Shown here: piece after piece, positions 51,345 through 61,596 of the stretch | Layout: each line of letters opens with the position of its first letter | How positions within the stretch are numbered: the stretch's first letter is position 1 | Source of the DNA: Candidatus Zhuqueibacterota bacterium | GTDB taxonomy: Bacteria > Zhuqueibacterota > Zhuqueibacteria > Thermofontimicrobiales > Thermofontimicrobiaceae | Assembly (NCBI GenBank): GCA_049322915.1 | Contig: JBMOPW010000029.1 | Span: 1 to 64,000, forward strand | Length of the DNA stretch: 64,000 bases | Direction: 5' to 3' | Translations under genes and position numbers: made by a program | Notes under the pieces: generated by a model | Database searches by the model: none | Seen by the model: the letters and a program-made list of their open reading frames with translations, nothing else | Told to the model about the DNA's origin: nothing

Positions 51345-51875
51345 TCAATTTTGAGTGGATGGGATATTTTGTTTCAGCACAACGGCGATCGACTTTGCCC
51401 AGGCTGTGATCGCCTCCCAATCCCGAAAATCCCCGATCGGGGCGTTGACCTTTTTGATCATCCATTTCTCGATCCAGCTCAATTTATCGATGTCCGTGGC
51501 GCCATGAAAAATAGTGATGTCTTTGGGCTGAATGCGGTCAGCGATTGGTTGCAGTGATTTGGGGAAGCGCCAGCCTTTCATCAATTCTTCAATATTTCCC
51601 TTTTCGGTGGGGCCACTGGAAAATAGCCACACCAGCTTATTTGCCAGATTTTTTTCGTTGGACTTTAAGAATTTTGCTGCTTCTTTGCGCCAGCGGCCAA
51701 TATAAGTTGCACTGCCCAGAACCACTGATGGGTAAGGACTTAAATCCTTAACCCGATCCGCTGGCAGAACCTCAATAAGCAGACCTGCCTGACCAAGCAC
51801 CTGTCCGATTTTCTCGGCAATCCCTAGCGTTGCACCGTATTTGGTGGCATAAGCTACCAGAACTCTATTATTCAT
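51345..51875 (-). CDS. Flavodoxin-domain protein (HemG-like)
   Basis: 'VAYATKYGATLGIAE', 'VWLFSSGP', 'GDFRDW'. Confidence 0.88.
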   Translation of the reverse strand: MNNRVLVAYATKYGATLGIAEKIGQVLGQAGLLIEVLPADRVKDLSPYPSVVLGSATYIGRWRKEAAKFLKSNEKNLANKLVWLFSSGPTEKGNIEELMKGWRFPKSLQPIADRIQPKDITIFHGATDIDKLSWIEKWMIKKVNAPIGDFRDWEAITAWAKSIAVVLKQNIPSTQN

Positions 51876-51905
51876 TCCTTCCTCCAATTTTAAACTGAAA
51901 CATAC

Positions 51906-53090
51906 TTATTTTATTTGTGATAAAATTTCCTGAATTTGCCGAATAATTTCAAACTTATCAAAAGAAGAAACATTGCCAATCAAAGCAATGGAATAATTTT
52001 TCGATGGTGAATAGAGTGCAATCGCTTCAAAACCAATGAATAATCCTTCGTGTCCCCAGTATTCATAATTATTGATGTTGAAACGTGTCACAGCCAGTCC
52101 ATAACCAGTCCAGTAAGGATGATCTTTGTTATCGACATTTACAAAATTGACCATACTTTTTAGCAATGTGTCAGACACCAATCCACCATCAAAAAGTGCA
52201 TTGATAAATGTTAATTGTTCGTTGGCAGTTGTTGCCATGGCGCCTGATGTAAAGGCAAGCGAAGCCCAGGCGGTATTGTCAGGCTTGTGCTGATACAGTC
52301 CTGGCCAGGGCAAAAGATCACTATCAAAGCCTGGGATGAGATTTTGAGGAATTTTGGCTTGAGGCAAAAGATATGTTGATTTCAGCTCAAGCGGCGTTAT
52401 AATCTCATCTTCGAGCAAACTTCCGATGGATTTTTTATAAACATGTTCCAGAATAAAGCCGAGGATAATATAGTTTGAATTGGAATAATGAAAATCAGTG
52501 CCTGGCTTGAAATAAGGTTTTTGTTTTGAAATTATTTTTAGTAATTCAGACGGCTTCCAATTTTTATGCGGGAATATGGATTTCATTTTGACTGAGAAAC
52601 TTTCAAGAATCTCCCTCAATCCACTCGTATGGTTTAATAACTCTATTAGTGTAATTTTTTCTGAGTTTGGTATTCCAGGAAACCACTTTGCAAGTGTATC
52701 AGGCAATGAAATTTTACCCTGTTCCACAGCTTTGAGTGTGAGCACCGCTGTATATAGTTTTGTAACGCTTCCGATCCGTAACATAGAATCATTGGTCAGT
52801 TGAATTTCTCGTTTTGGAGTCAACGTGCCACTCGTTCCTATCCAATGGGACTGATCGGGAAATTTGATAGCAAGCTGCAAACCAGGTATTTTCTGGTCAT
52901 TGACCGATTGATCGAGGATTTTTTGAATTCCAATAATTATTTCCTGATTTTTTTGACTAGTGTACTCATGTTGATTCCTAATTACAGGCGAATAATCTCG
53001 AATAGATCCGCTGCATCCAATACTCAAAATTAGAAAAAGCAAACTACCTGTGAGGAAAGTTGTTAGTTTTAATTTTTTATACTTACTCAT
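51906..53090 (-). CDS. Serine hydrolase, beta-lactamase/DD-peptidase family, probable lipoprotein
   Basis: SxxK 'GSVTK', 'LLNHTSG', 'YSNSNY', 'GHEG'; lipobox-like 'SIGC'. Confidence 0.88.
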   Translation of the reverse strand: MSKYKKLKLTTFLTGSLLFLILSIGCSGSIRDYSPVIRNQHEYTSQKNQEIIIGIQKILDQSVNDQKIPGLQLAIKFPDQSHWIGTSGTLTPKREIQLTNDSMLRIGSVTKLYTAVLTLKAVEQGKISLPDTLAKWFPGIPNSEKITLIELLNHTSGLREILESFSVKMKSIFPHKNWKPSELLKIISKQKPYFKPGTDFHYSNSNYIILGFILEHVYKKSIGSLLEDEIITPLELKSTYLLPQAKIPQNLIPGFDSDLLPWPGLYQHKPDNTAWASLAFTSGAMATTANEQLTFINALFDGGLVSDTLLKSMVNFVNVDNKDHPYWTGYGLAVTRFNINNYEYWGHEGLFIGFEAIALYSPSKNYSIALIGNVSSFDKFEIIRQIQEILSQIK

Positions 53091-53166
53091 AATTAGTTAT
53101 TAGTCGTTTAGTAATCGGAGAGTTACAGGTTTGGTAAACAAAACAGCTTTACTAAACCTCACAGGT

Positions 53167-53571
53167 TTAGGAAAGCTTACCTTTATAGCCTGACAATTTC
53201 ACCATAAAAAAAGCAGCCAGAAACGCTTCCAGCAAACTCAATGGGACAGCGACATACAACAATCCATTGGGTAACACCCCCAAATTTCCGATGACAACCC
53301 ACATCAATACAAAAACGACAAACCAGGAAAGCAGAGTTGTCTGAATTAAGGAGAATTATTTCGAAATGAAAAAGACGGCGACTGCAAATAATAAAGACCA
53401 TAGTCCCCACAGTGCACTGTTAAGCGGCTCTGACGGAAAAACCAGCCCGAGCGTTTTGTTATACTCCGTCCAGTATGATTTGACCAATCGCTCGTTCCTC
53501 ACAAATTCAGATACACTGATCCAGATCGTTGCCAGTAAAATTGGCAGGATGGTCTTTTTTATAAAATTCAT
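53167..53571 (-). pseudogene. Small membrane protein with in-frame TAA
   Basis: Frame continues past TAA (53356-53358) as FSLIQTTLLSWFVVFVLMWVVIGNLGVLP..KLS*. Confidence 0.7.
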
Positions 53572-53761
53572 TTAGCCTCCCTGACTTCAAAATTTATTTA
53601 TCTATTTATTCTTTCATCTTTCGAGCTCTTATTTAAAACCAAAAAATAAGCATCAGTTCTCCGACAAATGTAAACATGGCAATGCTTATATTGAAAAAAG
53701 AAAAATATGTTTCCCGAAACCGTCGATCAAATCGTCCGATGCCAACGACTAGAGCAACACC

Positions 53762-54142
53762 TTAACTGTTGCTGCCAGCCAGTTCGGCTGATACCTGCGG
53801 TGAAGCGTCCGCCTTATTGCAATTCATTACTAATGATTGATGCCAGAGTGTTGAATCCACCACAAGATGAATTCTGAACCAGCCCAGACCGTTCCAACCG
53901 CTGGTGGGTAATCTATGGACCTGTAAAATGGGATCCGCAAATTCCCAATCGCCATCATCGAAAGCAGATTGCGACCACTCGCTGTTATCGCCTGAATGAT
54001 ATTTCCAATGATCTCGCAGCCAGCAATGCTCATGCTGCTTAAAACTATCAGCGGATAAGTGAATTGACTCTAAAGATATGACCCGTGAAATAAAGAAGAA
54101 AGGGGATAATAGTGAAATCAATAGCAGGAAATAGGTTTTCAT
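53762..54142 (-). pseudogene. Truncated exported protein: N-terminal galactose-binding-like domain only
   Basis: Signal peptide; 'WKYHSGDNSEWS..FDDGDW..WNGLGWFRIHL' then abrupt end. Confidence 0.55.
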
Positions 54143-54210
54143 GATATCATCTCTGTCAACTTTAAACCCATCGAATTGAGTAACATTTTACATTGTACCA
54201 ATCTTGAAAG

Positions 54211-54765
54211 TCATTCCTGGTTTGAATCTTCAACCGCCTTCATTTTAAAAACTACCAGTGTAATATCATCTAATTGAGACCTGCCATTGCGCCACTGATC
54301 CCCTCGCTCGATGAGTTGTGCCACAATGGCATCAGGAGATTGCTTGCCTACATCCTGAAAATATTGCAAAACACGGGGATAATCGAGCATTTCATCCTGA
54401 TCATTAAATAACTCAATATAGCCGTCTGATAAAAGCAGCACGGTATCGCCAGTTTCCAATTTCAGTATTTTTACTTCGGATGAAAATGACGCTGTCGCTC
54501 CCAAAGGCAATGCCTTGATGATGAGCTCTTCCACAGCTTGCGTCCCGTGGCGGTAAATATTAATCAGCGGCATGCCAGCCGAGCTAATTGTCATTTTTTC
54601 GTCGTTAAGTTTTACCAGGATCATCCCCATATATAAATTGCCAAATTGTATCTGTCGAATAGTTTGCGAACATTTCTGAAAAAAGGATGGCGTATCCTGG
54701 GCAGCAGCGTGAGTAACGAACAGACTTTTAATGACCGCTACCATTGTCCCTGCCTTCGTGCCATG
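54211..54765 (-). pseudogene. C-terminal fragment of SpoIIE/PP2C phosphatase
   Basis: 'HGTKAGTMV..SSAGMP..GDTVLLLSDG..DDITLVV'; N-terminal part of the domain missing. Confidence 0.75.
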
Positions 54766-55075
54766 ACTGAGCAGTTACTTTATATTCGATGCTTTCGCCA
54801 TCTTGGAAAGACAATGTTGTTGACCACAAGGAATCGGATTCTTGGGTCATCGGAACCGCAACGGGATTCCAATCGCCAAGCTTTTTATTTTTGCCTGTGA
54901 GATAGACTTGCGGACCGATGGCTGATTTTTCTAACCGAGCAATAAACTTAACCGAGTAATTTGGAATCGGTGTACGGGCACATGAAATAAGGGTAATTGC
55001 CAACACAAACTGGCAAGTCAGTAAGAATCTACAGCACACTTTGCGTGCGAAACCTATCTGGATAGTGAGCCTCAT
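54728..55075 (-). pseudogene. N-terminal fragment with CBM20-like starch-binding domain
   Basis: 'VYLTG..LGDWNP..W..IEYKVT..SW'. Confidence 0.65.
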
Positions 55076-55151
55076 TGCTAATCCTTCGGATTAAAATTAA
55101 ATGTCAGTCTGGCTAAAAGAATCAGATGCATCTTGATATTTGTTTTTATTA

Positions 55152-56087
55152 TCATTTAAGAAACTGTTCCAATTCCTTGAAGTTGGGCATATCAAATCCA
55201 AGTTCCTTTGCTGTGGCAAGAATGTCCCTGAAATTAATTAACACATCTTCTTTCGGTGCGTTATCGGCATGTGCCGTATATCGTTTCATGCTTTCATTGT
55301 GTTTAAAATTAAACTTGAACATTGGAATCAATAACCACATCGGCATTTTAAACGCAGATATTTCAGGATAGCCTTTTGACGAAGCGCCTCTTTTCTCGCA
55401 TAAGGCAAGACATTCACGGGTGGCAAGAAATGATTTCTTTAATAATGCTTTGTCAGCCAAGTATTTTTTGATATTTCGATATTTTAAGGTTGCCGCCCAT
55501 ATCGCTGCCGAGCCTGCATTATGAACCCAGAGCCAATGGAGTATATTTTCCTGGACATCCAGTTTGATCGTGGCGCTGGCGAATGCTTTTTCGATAAGTT
55601 CAAACCCCTGTTGATTATGTTCATCAGGTGCGGCAATATGAATCTCTGGCCCGATGTTGGCCCAGTAGACATTATCCCGAATCGTTCCGCCGCCGTCAGG
55701 GTAGCCCAATAAGTACTGATGCTTCCTTAAAGTTCCATCGAATAATTGCGTTCCAGTCCAATTGGAGGTCAGTATATAGAAAAATGAATTGCAGCACAGC
55801 GGCACAACGGTCTTCAACGCTTCTTCAGTTTGATAATAGTTGGTGGGAACAATCACCAGATCAAAGCTACTGTTCTTATCCAACATTTCAATGACTTTGA
55901 TGGGATAGGTGGTTTTGTTGTATTTCTTGTATCCTTTTCGCTCATCCAGAACATCGATAGTAACTCCGTCCTGAAAATTGTTCCCTTTTCCTTTTCTGAC
56001 TAAATGGGTGATGTTTAATCCCGCCGCCTGAAGCGCCCAGCCGTAAATTGTTCCGATCACGCCAGTACCCACAATAAGAATATTCAT
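55152..56087 (-). CDS. Ketopantoate reductase (PanE/ApbA) family protein
   Basis: 'ILIVGTGVIGTIYG' Rossmann motif; 'WLWVHNA'. Confidence 0.75.
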   Translation of the reverse strand: MNILIVGTGVIGTIYGWALQAAGLNITHLVRKGKGNNFQDGVTIDVLDERKGYKKYNKTTYPIKVIEMLDKNSSFDLVIVPTNYYQTEEALKTVVPLCCNSFFYILTSNWTGTQLFDGTLRKHQYLLGYPDGGGTIRDNVYWANIGPEIHIAAPDEHNQQGFELIEKAFASATIKLDVQENILHWLWVHNAGSAAIWAATLKYRNIKKYLADKALLKKSFLATRECLALCEKRGASSKGYPEISAFKMPMWLLIPMFKFNFKHNESMKRYTAHADNAPKEDVLINFRDILATAKELGFDMPNFKELEQFLK

Positions 56088-56306
56088 CTTTAGCTTTCCT
56101 TCGTATTGGTTATAGTTCTAGCAGCACATTTCGATGTACGGCATGACTAATTCCATCATTTACTTTTGCAGAAACTTGCTGCGCAGTTTAAAAATTTATG
56201 CTACTCTTTTGTCCCCAATGTCCCAGCGCTGCAATCCGGCATTGATCGGTTCCCTGTGTTTTTTGAACACGCTGAATGAGTATTTCTATTGTCTCCATCA
56301 ATATAC

Positions 56307-56807
56307 TTAGAATTCTTGAATTAAAAAGTGTTGATAATTTTCCACAAAATATCTCTTCCCTTTTTGCGTCACTTTGAAGCCCTCTTTTTCTATTAGTGCT
56401 TTGTGCGATTCAGCGCCACCAGGGAATTTCTCATTAAGAAAGCCATCAGCCTTCAGCGTTCTCCAATAGGGTATGTCCAGATCGCGATGCGCTTTTTTTT
56501 CTTCTTCAACAGCGTTCGCTGCCGTCATAATAAAAATTCCCGTCGTGAGAGAACAGCACCCCTTAACTTTGTACTGCTTGGCAAGGCTGTTACAAATCTC
56601 AACAATCGTCACCAGTTCGCCATAAGGCACTTTTTTCATGAGTTCAATGACTTCGCTGGGATTGACAAGCACGATTTCATCGCCGACTTCGGCTCCCATT
56701 TTATGAACGGCATTGTAGCAGGGAAATTTTTTTTCCAACTTAAGCAACTTGGGTAAATTTTGTTTATCTGCAAGTTTCTCTCGCCATGTCTTTTTTCTGG
56801 ATGTCAT
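56307..56807 (-). CDS. MGMT/ATL-like DNA-binding protein
   Basis: 'VPYGELVT', 'IPYWRTLK..G', 'EKEGF'. Confidence 0.7.
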   Translation of the reverse strand: MTSRKKTWREKLADKQNLPKLLKLEKKFPCYNAVHKMGAEVGDEIVLVNPSEVIELMKKVPYGELVTIVEICNSLAKQYKVKGCCSLTTGIFIMTAANAVEEEKKAHRDLDIPYWRTLKADGFLNEKFPGGAESHKALIEKEGFKVTQKGKRYFVENYQHFLIQEF

Positions 56808-56853
56808 TCGATCACTCCTTTATCGAATGGTGTAAAATCTATTTTTTCGATGA

Positions 56854-57339
56854 TTATCGACGACTCATGGACCGTCTGAGAAATTTCACCCAGAACGACC
56901 ATTTACGTTTAACAGGGCGTCCGCCAATAAAATGCTCAGCCCGATCCAGGGCATCTTCAATTAACGCGTCGTGTAGCGGACGAATCACCCATTGCCAGCT
57001 CAGCCAGGCTATTCCTTGCACCTGCATCTCAATGGTGTGATGCAGCCTGACGATTTCACTTTCAAGCGGCTCAATCTCGAAACGATGGCTGCCAAGAAAC
57101 GCTTTCGGTTGCGTAAATCGAAACTGAATGGATTGACCTGGTTGGTAGCGCTCAACCACATATCGAATGGGTCCATGCCCTCCAACAGCCCCCACGCTGA
57201 GAGGACGGTCAAATTTCATCGCTGGCCACTGATCACGAGGCCATAGCTTATCATCCGATGAAGCTAGGTTGTCGATTAGTTTCCCAATTTCAGTCAGGGA
57301 AGCAGGCAGCACCCGCTCATGAACATTGATTACTTTCAT
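56854..57339 (-). CDS. SRPBCC family protein
   Basis: 'NVHER', 'GGHGPIRY', 'IRPLHDALIEDALD'. Confidence 0.7.
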   Translation of the reverse strand: MKVINVHERVLPASLTEIGKLIDNLASSDDKLWPRDQWPAMKFDRPLSVGAVGGHGPIRYVVERYQPGQSIQFRFTQPKAFLGSHRFEIEPLESEIVRLHHTIEMQVQGIAWLSWQWVIRPLHDALIEDALDRAEHFIGGRPVKRKWSFWVKFLRRSMSRR

Positions 57340-57373
57340 AAAGAGAAGTGGTCTCAAATTAGTATGGATCGCA

Positions 57374-57769
57374 CTATTTAACTTTGTCGGTGATTATACT
57401 TTTTTTTTGGTGCGGCAACAGCCACACCACCAGATAAATGGCTGCAATAACAATACAAATTGCAAAAATCGCCAGCGAGAACTCAGGCGAAATAATCGCC
57501 TCTTCGATGGCCCGTGAGGCATAGAGCAGAAAAACAAAGAGTGAAATTAGCTTGCCAAGTCTGGTAGTCAACATCTCCGTTGCGAAACCAAGGGATGCAG
57601 TCGCAAAGAGGATGATAAATAAGGTTCCACCTGCATTGAGCATGATCATGAGAGCACGATAGCCTTCAGCCATATCTTTGATTTGAAATATTTGATAACC
57701 CAGAAAAACATGGAAGACCGCCAGGAGTGAATTAAAAATTCCACCGATGATTAGAAGTATTTTTGACAT
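57374..57769 (-). CDS. Hypothetical 4-TM membrane protein
   Basis: Hydrophobic ORF with GGAG RBS. Confidence 0.65.
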   Translation of the reverse strand: MSKILLIIGGIFNSLLAVFHVFLGYQIFQIKDMAEGYRALMIMLNAGGTLFIILFATASLGFATEMLTTRLGKLISLFVFLLYASRAIEEAIISPEFSLAIFAICIVIAAIYLVVWLLPHQKKSIITDKVK

Positions 57770-57810
57770 ACAATTTCTCCGCTAAAATTTTAGTTATAAC
57801 ATTACATCTC

Positions 57811-58527
57811 TCAAATGAGACCAAAGGCAATGGCGATAAAACTTGGGCCATTGATAACCGCATGTATGATGACGCCTATCCAGCTATTTTTTCGTCGTTG
57901 GACAACATACGATTGAATGAACATCATCGGGATCAATGTCAATAAAAGCTGCCAGCCAAAAGCAATGTGAAATATGCCCCAAAAGATACCGTGGATCAGC
58001 CAGGTCGTTTTTCTAAATGCCAATTCTTGTTTCGGAAGAATCACACCGCGCCACAGGATCTCTTCTCCCATGATGTTCAGCAACCAATAGGGAAGCCACG
58101 CCAACAGAATCCAGTATCGCCCTGACGTCAATGGCTCAAAATACATGAACGATGGGGAGCTATCGACTTTGCCGATTATCGCTTCAATAATTTTGATGAT
58201 GCCCAGACTCAACGCGCCAATGATGAAAACCGCACCGAGACTCCAGAGCCAGTCGCCAACAACCATTTTTTTAAAACGAAGCCTTTCTTCCCAGGTACGT
58301 CTGTCGATTTTCAGCCCTTCATTTTTTAAAATGAAATAGGTCAAACTTAGCATGGGGAGAAACAGTCCCAATCCTGCAACAAGAAACCAGAAAATGATAG
58401 GCTCAATGCCAGTTGTTTTGCTCAAAAAGGGAATTAGAAATTGTGTTTCTAATGCCAATAAAATGGCGGCGATGCCGAAGATCAGCAAAGAATGCAGCAG
58501 ATTGATTCCTTTAATGTTGCTGTTCAA
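57811..58527 (-). CDS. CPBP (Abi/CAAX) family intramembrane protease
   Basis: 'GEEILWRG', 'WGIFH', 'IIHAVIN'. Confidence 0.88.
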   Translation of the reverse strand: MNSNIKGINLLHSLLIFGIAAILLALETQFLIPFLSKTTGIEPIIFWFLVAGLGLFLPMLSLTYFILKNEGLKIDRRTWEERLRFKKMVVGDWLWSLGAVFIIGALSLGIIKIIEAIIGKVDSSPSFMYFEPLTSGRYWILLAWLPYWLLNIMGEEILWRGVILPKQELAFRKTTWLIHGIFWGIFHIAFGWQLLLTLIPMMFIQSYVVQRRKNSWIGVIIHAVINGPSFIAIAFGLI

Positions 58528-58539
58528 ATTAATACTCTC

Positions 58540-59121
58540 CTATAAAGACAGTAAATATCTTGGAGTCTGATTATAATAGCGCTCATACTCTTCTCCAAGT
58601 TTCGCTCGCAGATGCTCCTCCTCGGTGATCACCATCCAATGCCCAATGATTCCATAAAGAGCAATCCAGCCCAGCCCGTACCATGAAGGCCATTGTACCG
58701 TAGTCCCGATGACTAACAGATACCCGCCAAGAATTTGAGGATTCCTGGTGATTCGATACGGTCCAGTGTGTATCAGACCTTGCGCTTCAAAGCCAAACGC
58801 CCGTCGCATACCAAACCAGGCCATCGTTCCAAACGCCATGACAAATCCAAATAGGATAATTACCAGTCCCAATATCCGCAATCGCCAGTCGGTTGATCCC
58901 GTTAACCTCCAGAACCAGGGCCACTCAGGTGGATTGAAAAGGTACGGGAAACTCAACACCCCAGCAAACATCAGAAGCTGCAGGAATGAAGACGACCACG
59001 TCAAATGGCCTCGATGGAGATAATCCTGCTGAATCAGTCGCCTGAATACAAGATATGCAGTGATCAGCAGCAAGAGTGCCAGAATAAGGTAGACCGCCAG
59101 ATGAGTTTTCAAACTAATCAT
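58540..59121 (-). CDS. Isoprenylcysteine carboxyl methyltransferase / PEMT family protein
   Basis: 'LIHTGPYRITRNPQ', 'EEEHL..GEEYERY..TPRY'. Confidence 0.88.
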   Translation of the reverse strand: MISLKTHLAVYLILALLLLITAYLVFRRLIQQDYLHRGHLTWSSSFLQLLMFAGVLSFPYLFNPPEWPWFWRLTGSTDWRLRILGLVIILFGFVMAFGTMAWFGMRRAFGFEAQGLIHTGPYRITRNPQILGGYLLVIGTTVQWPSWYGLGWIALYGIIGHWMVITEEEHLRAKLGEEYERYYNQTPRYLLSL

Positions 59122-59249
59122 TTTAGCACTTCACAAAAAAAGCTTATAAATCCCTTTTAAATTTTCACACTTACCACGTTACTCCGTCCGCCGAAACGGT
59201 TGAATACGTTTGGAAGCATTGATCCAGGTGAATCTCAACTTTCGTCCGA

Positions 59250-60167
59250 TCAATTTTGTTGTAATCGTTCCATTGCCATCAAAACATTCCGATGAAATAT
59301 CCCATAAGGAATACCTGTTTTCAGATCACCGAGAAATTTTTTATACTCCTGCTCGGTAAGCCTGGCGAGCCGATTCAGCACGAAGAAATCTTCCCACACT
59401 GCGATCTCTTTTTGAAACGACGTGGTCATCACCGTGGCTAAAGGGCGCTGAATATGTTTGGCATTCCAGGGGCATACCTGCTGGCAGATTTCACAGTCCA
59501 TCACTCGATTATCTTTCATGGTGCTGGCTTGTTCAGGAAAATTGTCCTGCTGCAAAAGAAATGACAGGCACTTTTGCTTATTCAACAGATATGCTTGCTC
59601 AAGCGCATTCATTGGGCAAGCTTGTTGACATTTGGTGCAGCTTTTACATAGATTTTTTTGTTGATCGGTGTTATGCTCGAGATCGGCATTGGTCAAGATC
59701 CCGCCAAGCGCCAGGAACGAGCCATACTTTTTGGTGACAAGCAGGGAATTTTTCCCCTGCCATCCAAAGCCAGCTCTGATGGCAGCCAGTTTTAGCGGGA
59801 GAATGGAACCGGTATTTTTAGCATCATCACAAATAAGTGCATTATATCTTTTTTTTCGCAATAAAGCGGCGATTGGCTCAAGCGGCTTGACGACGTCATT
59901 AAAAAAACCTGAAAGATACAGTCTGCTCGTTCGCCCCATCTCAGGATTTTCCCAGGATGGCAGCACGAGACCCCCAATGTAAATACCTGCCACAATAATA
60001 GTTTTCGCATCCGACGATGAGAGCTTTGGGTCTCGTCGTTTAGCGCGGCTTGAAATATAATTTTCAAATTCAGATACCCCGGCAAATCCCAGCATATCAA
60101 TCCCCAGGGAAGCTGCCAGCCTGTTAATGTTCTCTGAAAGGATATTTCTATCTTTTGATTCAATCAT
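59250..60167 (-). CDS. Epoxyqueuosine-reductase (QueG)-like 4Fe-4S protein
   Basis: 'AIRAGFGWQGKNSLL', 'CKSCTKCQQACP', 'CEICQQVCPWN'. Confidence 0.75.
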   Translation of the reverse strand: MIESKDRNILSENINRLAASLGIDMLGFAGVSEFENYISSRAKRRDPKLSSSDAKTIIVAGIYIGGLVLPSWENPEMGRTSRLYLSGFFNDVVKPLEPIAALLRKKRYNALICDDAKNTGSILPLKLAAIRAGFGWQGKNSLLVTKKYGSFLALGGILTNADLEHNTDQQKNLCKSCTKCQQACPMNALEQAYLLNKQKCLSFLLQQDNFPEQASTMKDNRVMDCEICQQVCPWNAKHIQRPLATVMTTSFQKEIAVWEDFFVLNRLARLTEQEYKKFLGDLKTGIPYGIFHRNVLMAMERLQQN

Positions 60168-60223
60168 GTAGCATTTCTTTAATTGAGGATAATTCTTAAG
60201 CTGTATTCGTTCAGCATACCTGG

Positions 60224-60349
60224 AGCTAACATAAAATCACCGGCTTGAACAGCATCGAGCTTGTCCGATGCTGCGACTTAACCTTCTAATCTCCCGAATG
60301 ACGCCTAAAAGAAGCGGCTGTTCAAATCCGATGCATTTATTTGTTATGA
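60224..60349 (-). other. Integron attC recombination site
   Basis: Minus strand TCATAAC..AAATgCATCGGaTTTGAACAGC..GCTGTTCAAGCCGGTGATTT..GTTAGCT; 126 bp, two extra-helical bases, starts 5 nt after the Kelch gene stop. Confidence 0.8.
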
Positions 60350-60354
60350 GACTT

Positions 60355-61596
60355 TTATTTTATGAATAACATTTTCTTTGTTTCAGATTCTTGATCGCCA
60401 GGACGCAATTTATAAAAAAATAAGCCACTTGATAAGCTACTGGTATTCAAAAGAAAATAATGATTGCCGTCATTTTTAAATTCGTTTACTGCAGTTATAA
60501 CTATTTCACCTCTTACGTTCATAATTTCCAGACAGACAAAATTTGGCTCACTCAATTGATATTGAATTGTTGTGGTAGAATTAGATGGATTTGGAAAATT
60601 TTGATACAGTGCAAACTGCCGAGGTTGGAATAATGCTCCAGTGTTAACTTCCGTAATAACTGGATTGTATTGCTCAAGTGAGGTCTGGATGACGATAGGA
60701 GGTCCCTGATGTCCTCCTGTCACATAAATATTATTCCCGATCACACAGCCTGCCAGCCCGGTTCTCATTTTTTCCATCGGACTCTTTTCGGCCCAGGTGT
60801 CTGTCAAGGGATTATAGACTTCGTTTTTGGAACTGCTATAACTCCCTGAACGACCTCCAACAGCGTAAATTTTCCCATCAATAACTCCTACAAACAAACC
60901 CCAACGCCCGGTTGGCATGTCCGCTTTACGTGTCCAGGCATCTGTCACCGGATCATAAACCTCAACATGCTGGTACGATACGGTCTCCCATTGCGCTGTT
61001 GTGCCGCCAATGGCATATATCTTTCCATTCACCACGCACGCGGCTAATCCGTTCCTCGCTGTGAGCATGTCCGTCTTTGACATCCAGGTTTCACTCAACG
61101 GATTATACGCCATGACGGTTGCAAAGGGCGGACTCGACGCGTTCAGCGCTCCTCCAATCAGATAAATCGTATCATTTAAAACAGCAACTCCACTGAAGCC
61201 AACCGCATAAGGCATATCATTTTTCTGACTCCAGGAATCTGTTTGAGGATCATAGACAAAGAGAGTGGCAAGTGCATTTGACCACATACCTGAACTTCCG
61301 CCAAAAACATAGATTTTCCCCTGAAATGCACAGACAATTGGATAGCACCTTGCTGCGGGTAAATTTGCTTTTTTCTCCCAGTAATCCGTTGCTGGATTAT
61401 AAGCCTCAACGGCGGCTGTCGCTGTGCTCGCTGGAGAGCCGCCGATCACATAAAACTTATTATCGAAAACGCACCCACTTGCAAAAGTACGAGCGGTTGG
61501 CATTGTTTTTTTGTAAATCCAGGTGTCTGGTTGTGCAACACTAATCGTGTACAAAAGAAATAATGAAACAATCAATAGCATACTTCTTTTTACCAT
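60355..61596 (-). CDS. Secreted Kelch-repeat beta-propeller with T9SS-type CTD
   Basis: Six 'KIYxxGG..YDP.TD.W...MP' repeats; 'YQNFPNP..SSGLFFY..KKMLFIK'; GGAGG RBS. Confidence 0.9.
   Translation of the reverse strand: MVKRSMLLIVSLFLLYTISVAQPDTWIYKKTMPTARTFASGCVFDNKFYVIGGSPASTATAAVEAYNPATDYWEKKANLPAARCYPIVCAFQGKIYVFGGSSGMWSNALATLFVYDPQTDSWSQKNDMPYAVGFSGVAVLNDTIYLIGGALNASSPPFATVMAYNPLSETWMSKTDMLTARNGLAACVVNGKIYAIGGTTAQWETVSYQHVEVYDPVTDAWTRKADMPTGRWGLFVGVIDGKIYAVGGRSGSYSSSKNEVYNPLTDTWAEKSPMEKMRTGLAGCVIGNNIYVTGGHQGPPIVIQTSLEQYNPVITEVNTGALFQPRQFALYQNFPNPSNSTTTIQYQLSEPNFVCLEIMNVRGEIVITAVNEFKNDGNHYFLLNTSSLSSGLFFYKLRPGDQESETKKMLFIK

Noticed and set aside
51906..53090. Beta-lactam resistance gene
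   Set aside because: Motifs fit the broad serine hydrolase/DD-peptidase family; resistance cannot be inferred.
53183..53410. 75-aa ORF suggesting a frameshift
   Set aside because: The membrane-protein-like sequence continues in the original frame past a TAA, so this is a nonsense mutation, not a frameshift.
56088..56306. Short minus-strand ORF METIEILIQRVQKTQG.. or a second attC
   Set aside because: No AAC..GTT paired structure; may be a gene remnant but the family cannot be assigned.
50118..59250. Additional attC sites between the co-oriented genes
   Set aside because: Spacers inspected by eye lack R/L box pairing, so a full cassette array is not supported.
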